Shown here: positions 37,392-46,552 of the stretch, piece after piece
How the letters are laid out: each line of letters begins with the position of its first letter
Position numbering within the stretch: position 1 is the first letter of the stretch
Virus record (IMG/VR): IMGVR_UViG_3300032245_001860
Location: 124,001-188,000 of that record
DNA: 64,000 nucleotides
Direction: 5' to 3' (one strand)
Translations under genes and position numbers: made by a program
The notes under the pieces: model-generated
The model's input: only the letters and a program-made list of their open reading frames with translations
What the model was told of the DNA's origin: nothing
Database searches by the model: none

Positions 37392-38197
37392 TATCTATAA
37401 TTTATTGCATTTGTTGGTACATTGTCTGGACCGAATTGAGTTTGTTTTACAAGTTCTTTAGCGGTTATTGTAATGTTTCCGCCTTTCATCAAAGCTCTTC
37501 CAGTAGCATCGTCAGAAAATGTCCCTTCATTACAACTTACATCATACAAAATTCTTATAGGTTCTACTAAGTCAGTTTGCATACGTAAAATATTTTTTCT
37601 TGCTGTAGCAGACAAATTTGTCACTGTTTCTGCATTTCGCACATCTTCAAACATTCTTAAAAAAGATTCTGTAGCTAAAGAAGAATTGGGCAATGTTGGG
37701 GGTGGAATAGAAAGGGGGTGTGTTTCAGCCCAAAGAGCATTATAATCTGATTGAACTATAGCTGCATAAGGAGAAAGAATGTCATCTCCTGGATTTGCTG
37801 GATTACCGTGAGTTATTAGAAAATGTTCAGGAGATAAAGTAAACTTTTGACAAATTGGACAAATATCTATTACCCACATTCTTCTATGTTTTCTTAATAT
37901 TGCAAGCATTAATCTTGTAGCCTCTTGGACTAATCTCTCTGAGAGATCAATATTATCAGCTCCTGCATCAATCTCTACACTTATACTATGTGTAAATTCT
38001 TGCATTCCAAGAGCTATATCTTTGATGTTGCTTTTACCGCCCTTGAAAGTTACAGAGAGATTAGTGTTCTTGATGTCTCTTTCACCTACATACCAAGCAG
38101 TTATAGGACGATCATAAATAATCACTTTCCCGTTAATGTCTTGTGGCATTTCATAAAATAAAATGCCTCTCAAGGTATCGTAAATTCTATCTAACAT
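37391..38197 (-). CDS. Tail completion/terminator-like protein
   Basis: Follows the head-tail connector gene; QEFTHSISVEIDAG...ERLVQEATRLMLAILRKH; CxxC insert. Confidence 0.45.
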   Translation of the reverse strand: MLDRIYDTLRGILFYEMPQDINGKVIIYDRPITAWYVGERDIKNTNLSVTFKGGKSNIKDIALGMQEFTHSISVEIDAGADNIDLSERLVQEATRLMLAILRKHRRMWVIDICPICQKFTLSPEHFLITHGNPANPGDDILSPYAAIVQSDYNALWAETHPLSIPPPTLPNSSLATESFLRMFEDVRNAETVTNLSATARKNILRMQTDLVEPIRILYDVSCNEGTFSDDATGRALMKGGNITITAKELVKQTQFGPDNVPTNAINYR

Positions 38198-38206
38198 TTA
38201 CCTTAC

Positions 38207-38701
38207 CTACTGATTTTTACCTTTTGAGCTACCATCTTTTTTTGGATTATTTGGGATACCACGCAAGGTAGATCTAACAAATCTATCTCCTCTTGTGTTT
38301 CTCTGACCAAACAGTCTTATTTCACCATTTTGAATTCTAACAAGCTCATTCATAGCAAAATCGAATCTATCTTTTTGTGCTTCAGAAAATTGTTTGTCTG
38401 CGCCTTGAAGTGCTTGTGAATAGTACATTTGAGCAGCTAAAATGGCACAAATAACAGGGATTGGGTGAGGATAAGTAACTTCTCCACCCATATTCATTTG
38501 TTTCAAAGGAACATCGTAAATTATAGCTAAATTAGCATCAATCTGTGCTGAAGCTTGTCCGATAAAAAAATCCAGATTTACATTTGAAGCTGTCTCTGGA
38601 GCTGGGTTTCTGAAATTAGGATTTGGGTTTGATCCTTCAGTCACCACATTTGGTGGCAAATACTGTTTAACTTGGTCAGTATTACAATATGCTCTGGCCA
38701 T
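38207..38701 (-). CDS. Head-tail connector, Mu gp36/DUF1320-like
   Basis: AYCNTDQVK, QASAQIDANL..IYDVPL, ICAILAA..YY, RFDFAMNELVRIQNGEI. Confidence 0.75.
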   Translation of the reverse strand: MARAYCNTDQVKQYLPPNVVTEGSNPNPNFRNPAPETASNVNLDFFIGQASAQIDANLAIIYDVPLKQMNMGGEVTYPHPIPVICAILAAQMYYSQALQGADKQFSEAQKDRFDFAMNELVRIQNGEIRLFGQRNTRGDRFVRSTLRGIPNNPKKDGSSKGKNQ

Positions 38702-39383
38702 TATTCAATCCTCCAGACTTAGGTTTAAGATATTTAGGAACAAAATCTACGCCTTCTTCAGGACGCAATAAATTCATTTTTTCTGCTGTTTTTCTGTCTA
38801 ACAATGTAAAAACATCTGTATTTTCAAGGTCTGTAGCAGATGTGGCTCCAGAAGAAACAAATTTTGGAAAATCAATATTCAAGTCTCTGTAACCACCGAT
38901 TTTGGAATTGAAAATTTCTACTGCATCTGGAGCGCTGTCGCTTCCTTGAAGTTTATCTAACAATAAGGCTTGCCTTTTTGTTATATTAGAAGCAACAACA
39001 AAACCATTGTAGGAGTGAGCAGTTCTACAAGCTTCGGCAAATGTAAGGTTGGGTTTTAAAGGTTGCTGCATATTATAAATATACAGTTCAATGCCTTCTT
39101 GACAAATGTAAGTTTGCCCAGGAACTACAACTATGTCCATTTGCTGTACTTTCGCCATTTGGACGGCTTTCCAACCAATTGATGAATTTTTTGGTGTCAA
39201 GATACCAATAATATCAAGGCCCTTAATAATGGCAGCTGTAAGAATTGATTTTATAGTTGAATTCAAGTAGTTTTCATCAGTAAAAGCTTTTTCTTCATCA
39301 ATGAAAACACAAAGATCAACCCTCAATACGTGCTTTCTAAGGGCTGTACATTGTTTTGAAGTTTGATACCAGGAGCGTCTCAT
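38682..39383 (-). CDS. PHP-fold protein lacking the metal ligands
   Basis: RVDLCVF (for DLHxH), AAIIKGLDIIGILT (for GLDxxAITDH), VVVPGQT (for PGxE), VVASN (for AHP), DAVEIFNS. Confidence 0.6.
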   Translation of the reverse strand: MRRSWYQTSKQCTALRKHVLRVDLCVFIDEEKAFTDENYLNSTIKSILTAAIIKGLDIIGILTPKNSSIGWKAVQMAKVQQMDIVVVPGQTYICQEGIELYIYNMQQPLKPNLTFAEACRTAHSYNGFVVASNITKRQALLLDKLQGSDSAPDAVEIFNSKIGGYRDLNIDFPKFVSSGATSATDLENTDVFTLLDRKTAEKMNLLRPEEGVDFVPKYLKPKSGGLNNGQSIL

Positions 39384-39393
39384 ATTTAGTTTT

Positions 39394-39418
39394 TTCTAAA
39401 TATTCAGCCTGTAATCCT
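39394..39418 (-). promoter_or_regulatory. Putative late promoter AGG-N17-TAGAA (minus strand) for the neck/tail operon
   Basis: Plus strand shows TTCTA 39394-39398 and CCT 39416-39418; ATG lies 10 nt downstream. Confidence 0.55.
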
Positions 39419-39421
39419 TGA

Positions 39422-40042
39422 TTATCTTTTCTTTCCGCAGTCAGGACAGAACTTTTCCGTTCCAGGAAAACTATATCCACACTCTGAACAAAATTTTGGC
39501 ATTTGAGCACTGCCACATTTTAAACAATATTGAGCATCTTTAGGAAGAGCATACATACATTCTTTGTTGGAACAATATTTTGAATTATTAAGTGCTGTAG
39601 ATGATTTTATCGAATTGCTAATGTTAGAAGCTATTTGTGCACCAGAACCTGAAAGAACTTCTTGTTTTGAAATTCCAGCATTAGAATTGGCTAAATCATC
39701 AAGTTCTGAGATCAATTCGGAATATAAGCTTCTACCCTCAATATGTGGCTGAATTGTGGATTTTTGTGTTTCTATAAGACTTTGAACTGTAAGGGGAGTT
39801 TCATTTTCTATTTTCAATGAATCTGATAATTTTGAAATAAGCTCATCATTTTCAAGCCATCCTTCAGAATTAGCTTCAACCTCCCCATTTTCGTTTAAAG
39901 CAAGTTTGATATGAGAGACGTCAAGCAAATTATCTTCACCCAAAATGGTATGCCCAAATTGGTTTTTAGAAACTTTGCCTGCTTCTTCTTTTTTTGAAGT
40001 CGTAAAGCTATGTCGTAGATTTTTTATTTCTTGATCGTCCAT
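39422..40042 (-). CDS. Double zinc-ribbon protein (probable start 40042, alternatively 40048)
   Basis: C-terminal CSNKEC...CLKCG...CSECG...CPDCG; TATAAT 6 nt upstream of ATG 40042; the ORF-track extension to 40138 overlaps the preceding gene. Confidence 0.7.
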   Translation of the reverse strand: MDDQEIKNLRHSFTTSKKEEAGKVSKNQFGHTILGEDNLLDVSHIKLALNENGEVEANSEGWLENDELISKLSDSLKIENETPLTVQSLIETQKSTIQPHIEGRSLYSELISELDDLANSNAGISKQEVLSGSGAQIASNISNSIKSSTALNNSKYCSNKECMYALPKDAQYCLKCGSAQMPKFCSECGYSFPGTEKFCPDCGKKR

Positions 40043-40055
40043 AGCCATATTATAC

Positions 40056-40460
40056 TTATTGTTGTTTCTTTTTGTCGTCTCTTCTCTCGTACTTAAAACT
40101 GACAACCTCAAACTTTGGCATTTCGTTACCTGCTGCATATTCAGATGTCATGTCTTCACTTGCATTACTTTGGTTTTCAATCGCTTGAAGAATTTTTGAC
40201 ATCAATTGAGTGTCAGGAATTGGACCATCTTTGCTTGCTTTAATTTCAACTGCAAATGAATGGATTGTCCCACTATCATTCACAACATTGACATTAGCTC
40301 TTTGTTTTGCAAAAGACTCAATCTTTGGATTACCTACTGTATTTATCATAGGATTGGTATCCATATCAGTTATCATATTGTCAATGTTACCAGCAAGTTC
40401 AGGATTGGCTTGTGCAATCTTCTTGTGTATTGAAACCAACTTATCTCTTAAGCTACTCAT
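40056..40460 (-). CDS. Hypothetical protein
   Basis: 134 aa, SD GGGAG, N-terminal LRDKLVSIHKKIAQ. Confidence 0.65.
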   Translation of the reverse strand: MSSLRDKLVSIHKKIAQANPELAGNIDNMITDMDTNPMINTVGNPKIESFAKQRANVNVVNDSGTIHSFAVEIKASKDGPIPDTQLMSKILQAIENQSNASEDMTSEYAAGNEMPKFEVVSFKYERRDDKKKQQ

Positions 40461-40488
40461 TTTTTACTCCCAAAAACATTTCGTTTTT

Positions 40489-40518
40489 TTTACACCCGAT
40501 AAAAGGGATAACTATAAT
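40489..40518 (+). promoter_or_regulatory. Orphan sigma70-like promoter pointing into the AT-rich repeat array
   Basis: TTTACA-N18-TATAAT; no credible plus-strand gene downstream until 42986. Confidence 0.5.
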
Positions 40519-40525
40519 TACTAAT

Positions 40526-40608
40526 TAAATTGTTAATTTAAATTGTTAAATTTTAAATTGTTAAATTAAATTAGTAAATTTAAATAATCTAATTTAAATT
40601 GCAAAATT
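40526..40608. repeat. AT-rich array of six degenerate 13-15 bp repeats (TAAATTGTTAA...)
   Basis: Exact TAAATTGTTAA at 40526, 40539 and 40554; degenerate copies at 40567, 40581 and 40595. Confidence 0.8.
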
Positions 40609-40621
40609 TAGAAATACTCTT

Positions 40622-41731
40622 TTAGTTTGCTCCTCCAATATTCCAGATATATCTAAAGAATCTTGATCTTCCACCTGGCATATTGAACTCTGGAACAACT
40701 ATTCCTCTTATACCTGGATATCTTGATATAGGTAGTTTTTCTAAAAGCTTGTCAAAATCTTCTTTGTACATACCTGCTGTTTCTTTTATGTTTGAAAATA
40801 TAGAAGCATCAGGATCTTCTAACAATAGTCTTCTCTGTCTTTGAGTAAGCTGGACTAATAAACTTCTAAGAAGATAATATGCAGCTCCGAAAACTAATGC
40901 TGGATCATAGTAATAAGGTACTGATGCAATCGATGGGTACTTTGAAGCACCAGGTTGAGCATTAATCACTTGTAATGCCATATTTAGGCTTGAATTCATA
41001 TGTTGTGATGTGAACGCCTTAACGTTATATGAAACAAAGACTGTGTCATAAGATTGTATTGCTTGAGGAGTACCATCACTTTTAACAAAATAAATATTCC
41101 CCATATAATCACATTTGTATTTTAATCCATCTGAGTAATTGTTTCCGTTAGTGTAGTTATTTATTGCACCATCTCGGTTATATTCTATAGGGTTGTAGTC
41201 AGGATTAATTGTTTTGTAAATTGGATCATATTCTGATAAAGTGAACATTGCATCTTGATCACCTTCGTTTGAAGATCCTGTAATTCTTACTTCTGGTCTT
41301 GGGTAAAAATTCCAAAAAGGAAATGCTACTGTAGCTTGTGTTCTACCTTTTCTAAAAAGCACTTCTTCATCATAAATAGGAATATTCAAGAGATGTTCAA
41401 GCTCATATCTTAAGCTTGATTTAATTAGTAATTCATCACCATTTATTGGAGCTGATGTTGATAAAACTGTAGTGAGGTCATTCCCTATTTCTTGAATTTT
41501 ATAAAAGCTTGATGGTGACCCTCCCCCATCTACATATTCATTTATTGGAAATAACACTTCATCAATTTCTGTATATGTTCCATCAAAATAATCACTTCTA
41601 AAAATTTTATATGAATAAACGCCTGACAGAGTATATCTTTCCCATTCTATGAAAATTCCTGGGTTTGCTGCATTTGTATTATAATAAACTAAGTTGCTTT
41701 GCGAGAAAGATAATTGTGTGAATTCTGACAT
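40622..41731 (-). CDS. Neck/head-tail adaptor-like protein with an N-terminal Fn3-like segment
   Basis: IEWE..SYKIFRS..GTY..I..YVD..SFYKI; C-terminal helical LNMALQVINAQP...ALVFGAAYYLL; SD GGAG. Confidence 0.55.
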   Translation of the reverse strand: MSEFTQLSFSQSNLVYYNTNAANPGIFIEWERYTLSGVYSYKIFRSDYFDGTYTEIDEVLFPINEYVDGGGSPSSFYKIQEIGNDLTTVLSTSAPINGDELLIKSSLRYELEHLLNIPIYDEEVLFRKGRTQATVAFPFWNFYPRPEVRITGSSNEGDQDAMFTLSEYDPIYKTINPDYNPIEYNRDGAINNYTNGNNYSDGLKYKCDYMGNIYFVKSDGTPQAIQSYDTVFVSYNVKAFTSQHMNSSLNMALQVINAQPGASKYPSIASVPYYYDPALVFGAAYYLLRSLLVQLTQRQRRLLLEDPDASIFSNIKETAGMYKEDFDKLLEKLPISRYPGIRGIVVPEFNMPGGRSRFFRYIWNIGGAN

Positions 41732-41742
41732 TTATTTCTCCA

Positions 41743-41770
41743 TAAAAAAAAGCTACCCAAACGGGTAGCT
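41743..41770 (-). terminator. Rho-independent terminator (minus strand)
   Basis: AGCTACCC-loop-GGGTAGCT followed by T8 on the minus strand. Confidence 0.75.
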
Positions 41771-41797
41771 TCTATTTTCCGTTCTTCTTGTTCTTTT

Positions 41798-42571
41798 CTA
41801 AACTCTACGGAATGAGCCCTTTTCTCCATCGGAATCCATTGCTTCCAAATCGATAGCTTCTGCAATAGGAGCTTCATCTATTCCAGCATAATCAAAATCA
41901 CCACCAGCAATATATCCATCTCTATTTATATTTGTCATTTGCATTTTTTGTACTGCTGTACCATTAGCATTTTCACTTGATGTTGCTACATATGCCTGTG
42001 CTTTTCTTGTAGTTCCTGACACTGATGAATTTGCATCCATATTTTTTTGCATATTGATCATTCTTCCAACTAAATTTGGATCTTTCTGAACTTGATCTGC
42101 AAAATCTTCTACTGACAAATCATCTCCTCTTAGTTGAGCTTGTTGCTGAGCAATATCTAAAGCCATTGCATATGACAATGAATCATTTGCATACCCTGCA
42201 GTGCTTATAGTCCCATCTGGGTTATAAGCCTTTTCAGCATCGATTGTCTCTGCTTGAAGTTGCTTTCCATCTACTTCAACATCTTGAAGCCTTAGATTAT
42301 TTTGTTGTTTAAGTAGCTCTTTCTTTTCTCGTATAGCTTGCCTTTCTTCAATTTGATCAAACTGATCTAATGTAATTTTTTTAAGCAAACCCATACGCAA
42401 AGATTGTCTAAGATCTTTGGAGTTTTTCACATGAGCTGGATCCATCCATGTAAGATCAATTGCTTGCAGTGGAGCAAAATTTAGCTTAATATCACTTACA
42501 TAGTGAGGACCAAGAGTTACATTTTGCACTACGAAGGATTCTGGTTCGTTAGATTCTGGAGTATTACTCAT
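41798..42571 (-). CDS. Hypothetical virion-associated protein
   Basis: 257 aa; VQNVTLGPHYVSDIKL..P..AIDL N-terminal domain followed by a coiled coil. Confidence 0.6.
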   Translation of the reverse strand: MSNTPESNEPESFVVQNVTLGPHYVSDIKLNFAPLQAIDLTWMDPAHVKNSKDLRQSLRMGLLKKITLDQFDQIEERQAIREKKELLKQQNNLRLQDVEVDGKQLQAETIDAEKAYNPDGTISTAGYANDSLSYAMALDIAQQQAQLRGDDLSVEDFADQVQKDPNLVGRMINMQKNMDANSSVSGTTRKAQAYVATSSENANGTAVQKMQMTNINRDGYIAGGDFDYAGIDEAPIAEAIDLEAMDSDGEKGSFRRV

Positions 42572-42920
42572 ATTTTTTTACCTTTTTGTCTACTGGTAAA
42601 GATGTGATACCATCAAGTCCTTCTTTACCTGTCCATAACTCATTAGTATTAGCTTCTCTACTATCTGGATCATAAGATTTTTTTCTTACATCTCTCTGAT
42701 CTTTCACATAATCAGCCATATCTTTTCTATTTTTATTAGAACCGAATTTCTTTTCATTTGCAGTTAATCCGTGAAGAACACTAACATCTGAGAATTTTCT
42801 AATCGCAAATCCATTTCCACATGGGCAAGGGATTTCTGATTTATATTCACTAAAAGAAAGTCTGACTGTGTAAGTTTTTTCAACTTCATCACAGTTGCAA
42901 ATGTATTCATAGCGTGGCAT
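42564..42920 (-). CDS. FmdB-family zinc-ribbon protein
   Basis: MPRYEYICNC...CPCG...RKFS. Confidence 0.7.
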   Translation of the reverse strand: MPRYEYICNCDEVEKTYTVRLSFSEYKSEIPCPCGNGFAIRKFSDVSVLHGLTANEKKFGSNKNRKDMADYVKDQRDVRKKSYDPDSREANTNELWTGKEGLDGITSLPVDKKVKKYE

Positions 42921-42985
42921 TTTGAAGCTAACCTTAAAGGTATTTGTACAATAATTTATGAAATTGTTTTCATAAGGAGATTATT

Positions 42986-43168
42986 ATGTCATCAGAAAAT
43001 TTGTCAGATGCAGCCACAACTCACCAAATGTATTGCGTAAAATGCAGAACAATGGTAACTATCACTGCTCCTAAAAAAGTTGTCATGAAGTCAAGCAGAC
43101 ATGCATTGCAAGGTAAATGTCCTCATTGTTCCATTTCAACCTACAAAATCATTGCCAAAACAGAGTAA
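42986..43168 (+). CDS. Small zinc-finger protein (DUF5679-like)
   Basis: YCVKCR...KSSRHALQGKCPHC..TYKI; SD AGGAG. Confidence 0.7.
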   Translation: MSSENLSDAATTHQMYCVKCRTMVTITAPKKVVMKSSRHALQGKCPHCSISTYKIIAKTE

Positions 43169-43171
43169 ATC

Positions 43172-46100
43172 ATGTTTCAAAAAATTTCAGCACCTAAAAA
43201 ATTTAAAGATTTTTTCAAGAGAAATCCGTCACCTCCTGCACCTGGTGATGTAGATACTCCTCCAACAAAGACTCCTAAAGAAAAAGATCCAGTTGCTTCA
43301 GGAGCTGCTGGAGCTGCAACGGGGGCAGCTGTAAGTGCTGTTTCAGATTTAGCCAATAAACTAATGAGTTCTAAAAACCCTGCTGATGTTTTTATTGGAA
43401 AGGTTATGGACAATGCTAAAAGACAAGGAGAAAATGCTGAACAACTACAGATAGAACTTGGAGAAAGAGAAGTTCTAATTTCTCAACTTTTAATAAGCAT
43501 TCCAGAACCTTTATTGGCTAAATATTTTGATGAGTTTCTTTTTCAAAAAGATATACCTTGGACTGCTACAAGAGAGTTTATGCAGAAAGCAATTAATGCA
43601 GAAAAACAAGGTTCTTCTGCCCGTGATGTTTTAGATTTTGCTTTGGTATTTTATGATAAAAGAAGAAATTATGGCAATACCCTATATATCATAGACACAG
43701 CATTAGATCTTCAGCCCAGTATGAGAAATGTAAACATTTTTCAGTATTTAAAAGAAAGTTTACAAGGGATTAGAAAGACTGGATTAAATTTCTTATTATT
43801 AGGCCCTGAAAATCTTGATAATGCTATTGTTCTTAATAAACTTATGGGAATGGTTTTAGCAAGAGGTTCTGAAGACATAGAAGCTTTACGAAGAGAATAT
43901 CAAAAAAGCAAAGATCAACTTCAAAGAAAAAGAGAAGTTGCAGACAGATTTAGAGGCATTTATGACATTATGATGTCAATGGAATTCCAAAGTGCATTAA
44001 AAAGAAATGTCCAATTTGTTACTGAGCAATTTGCACTTTCTGCTAATGATCCTGAAGTACAATCTTTTGCAAGAATTCTTTATGATATAAAATTGGGACA
44101 ACAATTTAGAAGTGAAATTTTTGCATCTTTAGAAGGTAGACAAACAGCTGAAAAATCTCCAGGATTGGCTGAACAAAATGCAAGACCTTCGACAAGAACC
44201 ACTTCTACAAATCTTAAATTTGTCAAAGCTCAAGTAGCACAAACAAAACTAAATCCTGAGTTTGTTAAGAATTTTACTAACTATATTATAAGACTTCAAC
44301 AGGGTGCATCCGGTTTGCTAATGAAGTGTGAAAACCCGAAACCAAATGAAAAACAGTTAGCCGATGAAGTTAAAGGTCTTATTAGTAGTGCAAATATTAA
44401 TTTTACAGATGCAATCAGATTGTTAAAAAGTCAAAACATTAATTTCAAAGATGTTTATGATTTATATTATGCTGCTATGAAAAAGTTTAGTACTGTTGAC
44501 TCAATTCAAAAGCAATATGCAAGTACTACTACTGCCAAAACTGACGCTACTAACTTTAGATTTGCACAAAATCCTGTAAATACACCTCCAGGTGTAGCTG
44601 TAAATGTTACAGGAGATAGCTCAGGAGCAGGAGGCGGAAACGGAAAATTTCTTTCTGATGAAGCTGCAAAAGTAGCTAATACAATTTTCAAAGGTACAGC
44701 AGCAGGAGTAGGAGTTATTGCTTTTACTGCTTTTGGAGATCTTAAGACTGCATTAGCTGCTGGAACTGCTCTTTATTTGCAACAAAAAAATGAAAATGCT
44801 CTTAAAATTGCTAAAGAAGCTGGTATTGAACCACCTGTAGATGAAACTCCACAATATGTTTTAGAAGATGCCGCAGAAGCACTTAAAGCTTTGGGTGCCA
44901 ATGATCTGCAGCAAAAAGAATTTCTTGCTAATGATCAATTTATATCACAAGTTGAAGCTACTGTCAATGCTATGGAAAGACGATTAGTATTAGTTATAGA
45001 TGCTCAGGTCAAGACTGCAGACAGTAATGTTGAAACTCCTTTAGAAAGTCCAGAAAAAGTCGATAAACTTTACAGAGATTTTATGGCTTACCTAAGACAA
45101 GCTAATCAGTACTGTTCAAGACAAATAGACTTAGTAAACTTTATTACTAAAAATTCAAAAAATCCAACAGTAAAAATGAAGCTTGGTTCAATTAATCAAT
45201 ATCAAGCTAAGGTTGGAGAAAAAGTAGAAACAGTTAGATCTAAAATATCTGAATATGCTTCTTTGACCGAAATTATATCTAATGTTCAAAGCCAAAAGTT
45301 TTTATTGGTGAAAATCAAAGAACTTATGCCTCAGTTAGAAAAATATCTTTCAACTGGTTTATCTGTAGCAGATGTACTTGGTTCAGAAGGTGGAGTGCTT
45401 GATAAAATTAAGCAATATATAGATTTAGAAAAAGACAGCTATTTTAAACTTTTCAAAAAATGGCAAGATTTAGTAGCTAAATTTCCAAATCTTAATTTTA
45501 ACGCAGCAAATGCTCCTGAAACATTAGAAGGACAATCTCAAGTAAATGTGCCTACTTCTGTTGCTCCAACAACAACAGTTTCAGAAGGAGTATCTGTTCA
45601 AGGAACAAATACGAGTGAAGGTGGAGATTTAGTAGGTTACCAAAGATCTGCAAGTCTTCAGTTTTCTAATTTGATGTTTGAAAAAAATGTAAAGGTTGCA
45701 GCAGTCGATCCACAACAACAAGCAAAATATAATTATTATATTAACAGAATGAAAGATCCAAATATAAACTTGCAATCTTTAGTAAGAGCTTTAGACAGTG
45801 ACGCAACATTCACAGATGCTGGTTTGAAATTGTTAGCAAGAAATGCTATATTGCAAAAATCAGTAAGTCAATTTGGTGCTTCTTTAACTCAAAGACCAGC
45901 ATATGAAGGAAGTTACACAAATGATCAAGGGCAGCCTGTAGCACCTCCAAATCAGCAAACAACCCAGCCTGTTGGACAAACTGTCAATCAACCAGCTACT
46001 CCACCTCAAGGAGCAGCAGGAGTGGGTTCAACCACACCTGGAAGAGAACTTTCTACTCCTGCAGAACTAAGCTTATACACAGATGTGAAAAATGCTTATA

Positions 46101-46531
46101 AAGATATTGAAATAGAAACAAAGAACTACGGAATTTTACCAAGTGCTGACACTCTTGATTATGATCCAAAAAGAATGATTGCAAGCATGAGAGCACAGTT
46201 GCAAAAAGTATTTGAGAAAATTCAGGGCATGCAAACTATATATTATAAATTATTACAAAATCCTCAAGATTTTGGAGGCATCATACCAGCATTGAGAACT
46301 AATTCTGCAAATAAATTTTTAAAATTAGCAAAGTTTGAAAAAGTTGAAAACTTAAATCAAGAATCTAAAGAAGTAGAATCTGACCAAAGATTTAGAGACT
46401 ATTGGGATAAAGAATTAGGTTATGGTCCATGGGGTACTACTGTGGATGAAAAACCTGAACATTCTGATAAAACTTATGAAGAAGAAAAAAAACTTCATCC
46501 TCAAAGAACTTCTAAATTTAAGAAAATCTAA
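43172..46531 (+). CDS. Large alpha-helical virion protein (internal/ejection protein or tape-measure candidate)
   Basis: 1119 aa, helical, with an Ala/Gly-rich hydrophobic segment (AAGVGVIAFTAFG); C-terminal DYWDKELGYG. Confidence 0.5.
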   Translation: MFQKISAPKKFKDFFKRNPSPPAPGDVDTPPTKTPKEKDPVASGAAGAATGAAVSAVSDLANKLMSSKNPADVFIGKVMDNAKRQGENAEQLQIELGEREVLISQLLISIPEPLLAKYFDEFLFQKDIPWTATREFMQKAINAEKQGSSARDVLDFALVFYDKRRNYGNTLYIIDTALDLQPSMRNVNIFQYLKESLQGIRKTGLNFLLLGPENLDNAIVLNKLMGMVLARGSEDIEALRREYQKSKDQLQRKREVADRFRGIYDIMMSMEFQSALKRNVQFVTEQFALSANDPEVQSFARILYDIKLGQQFRSEIFASLEGRQTAEKSPGLAEQNARPSTRTTSTNLKFVKAQVAQTKLNPEFVKNFTNYIIRLQQGASGLLMKCENPKPNEKQLADEVKGLISSANINFTDAIRLLKSQNINFKDVYDLYYAAMKKFSTVDSIQKQYASTTTAKTDATNFRFAQNPVNTPPGVAVNVTGDSSGAGGGNGKFLSDEAAKVANTIFKGTAAGVGVIAFTAFGDLKTALAAGTALYLQQKNENALKIAKEAGIEPPVDETPQYVLEDAAEALKALGANDLQQKEFLANDQFISQVEATVNAMERRLVLVIDAQVKTADSNVETPLESPEKVDKLYRDFMAYLRQANQYCSRQIDLVNFITKNSKNPTVKMKLGSINQYQAKVGEKVETVRSKISEYASLTEIISNVQSQKFLLVKIKELMPQLEKYLSTGLSVADVLGSEGGVLDKIKQYIDLEKDSYFKLFKKWQDLVAKFPNLNFNAANAPETLEGQSQVNVPTSVAPTTTVSEGVSVQGTNTSEGGDLVGYQRSASLQFSNLMFEKNVKVAAVDPQQQAKYNYYINRMKDPNINLQSLVRALDSDATFTDAGLKLLARNAILQKSVSQFGASLTQRPAYEGSYTNDQGQPVAPPNQQTTQPVGQTVNQPATPPQGAAGVGSTTPGRELSTPAELSLYTDVKNAYKDIEIETKNYGILPSADTLDYDPKRMIASMRAQLQKVFEKIQGMQTIYYKLLQNPQDFGGIIPALRTNSANKFLKLAKFEKVENLNQESKEVESDQRFRDYWDKELGYGPWGTTVDEKPEHSDKTYEEEKKLHPQRTSKFKKI

Positions 46532-46552
46532 TGATTTAGTATAATTATTTAC

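Noticed and set aside
40043-40138. Upstream extension of the double-zinc-ribbon ORF to 40138
   Set aside because: It overlaps the end of the 134-aa gene; a -10 box 6 nt before ATG 40042 gives a better start.
40526-40612. CRISPR or mini-CRISPR array
   Set aside because: Repeats are only 11-15 bp, degenerate and have no unique spacers.
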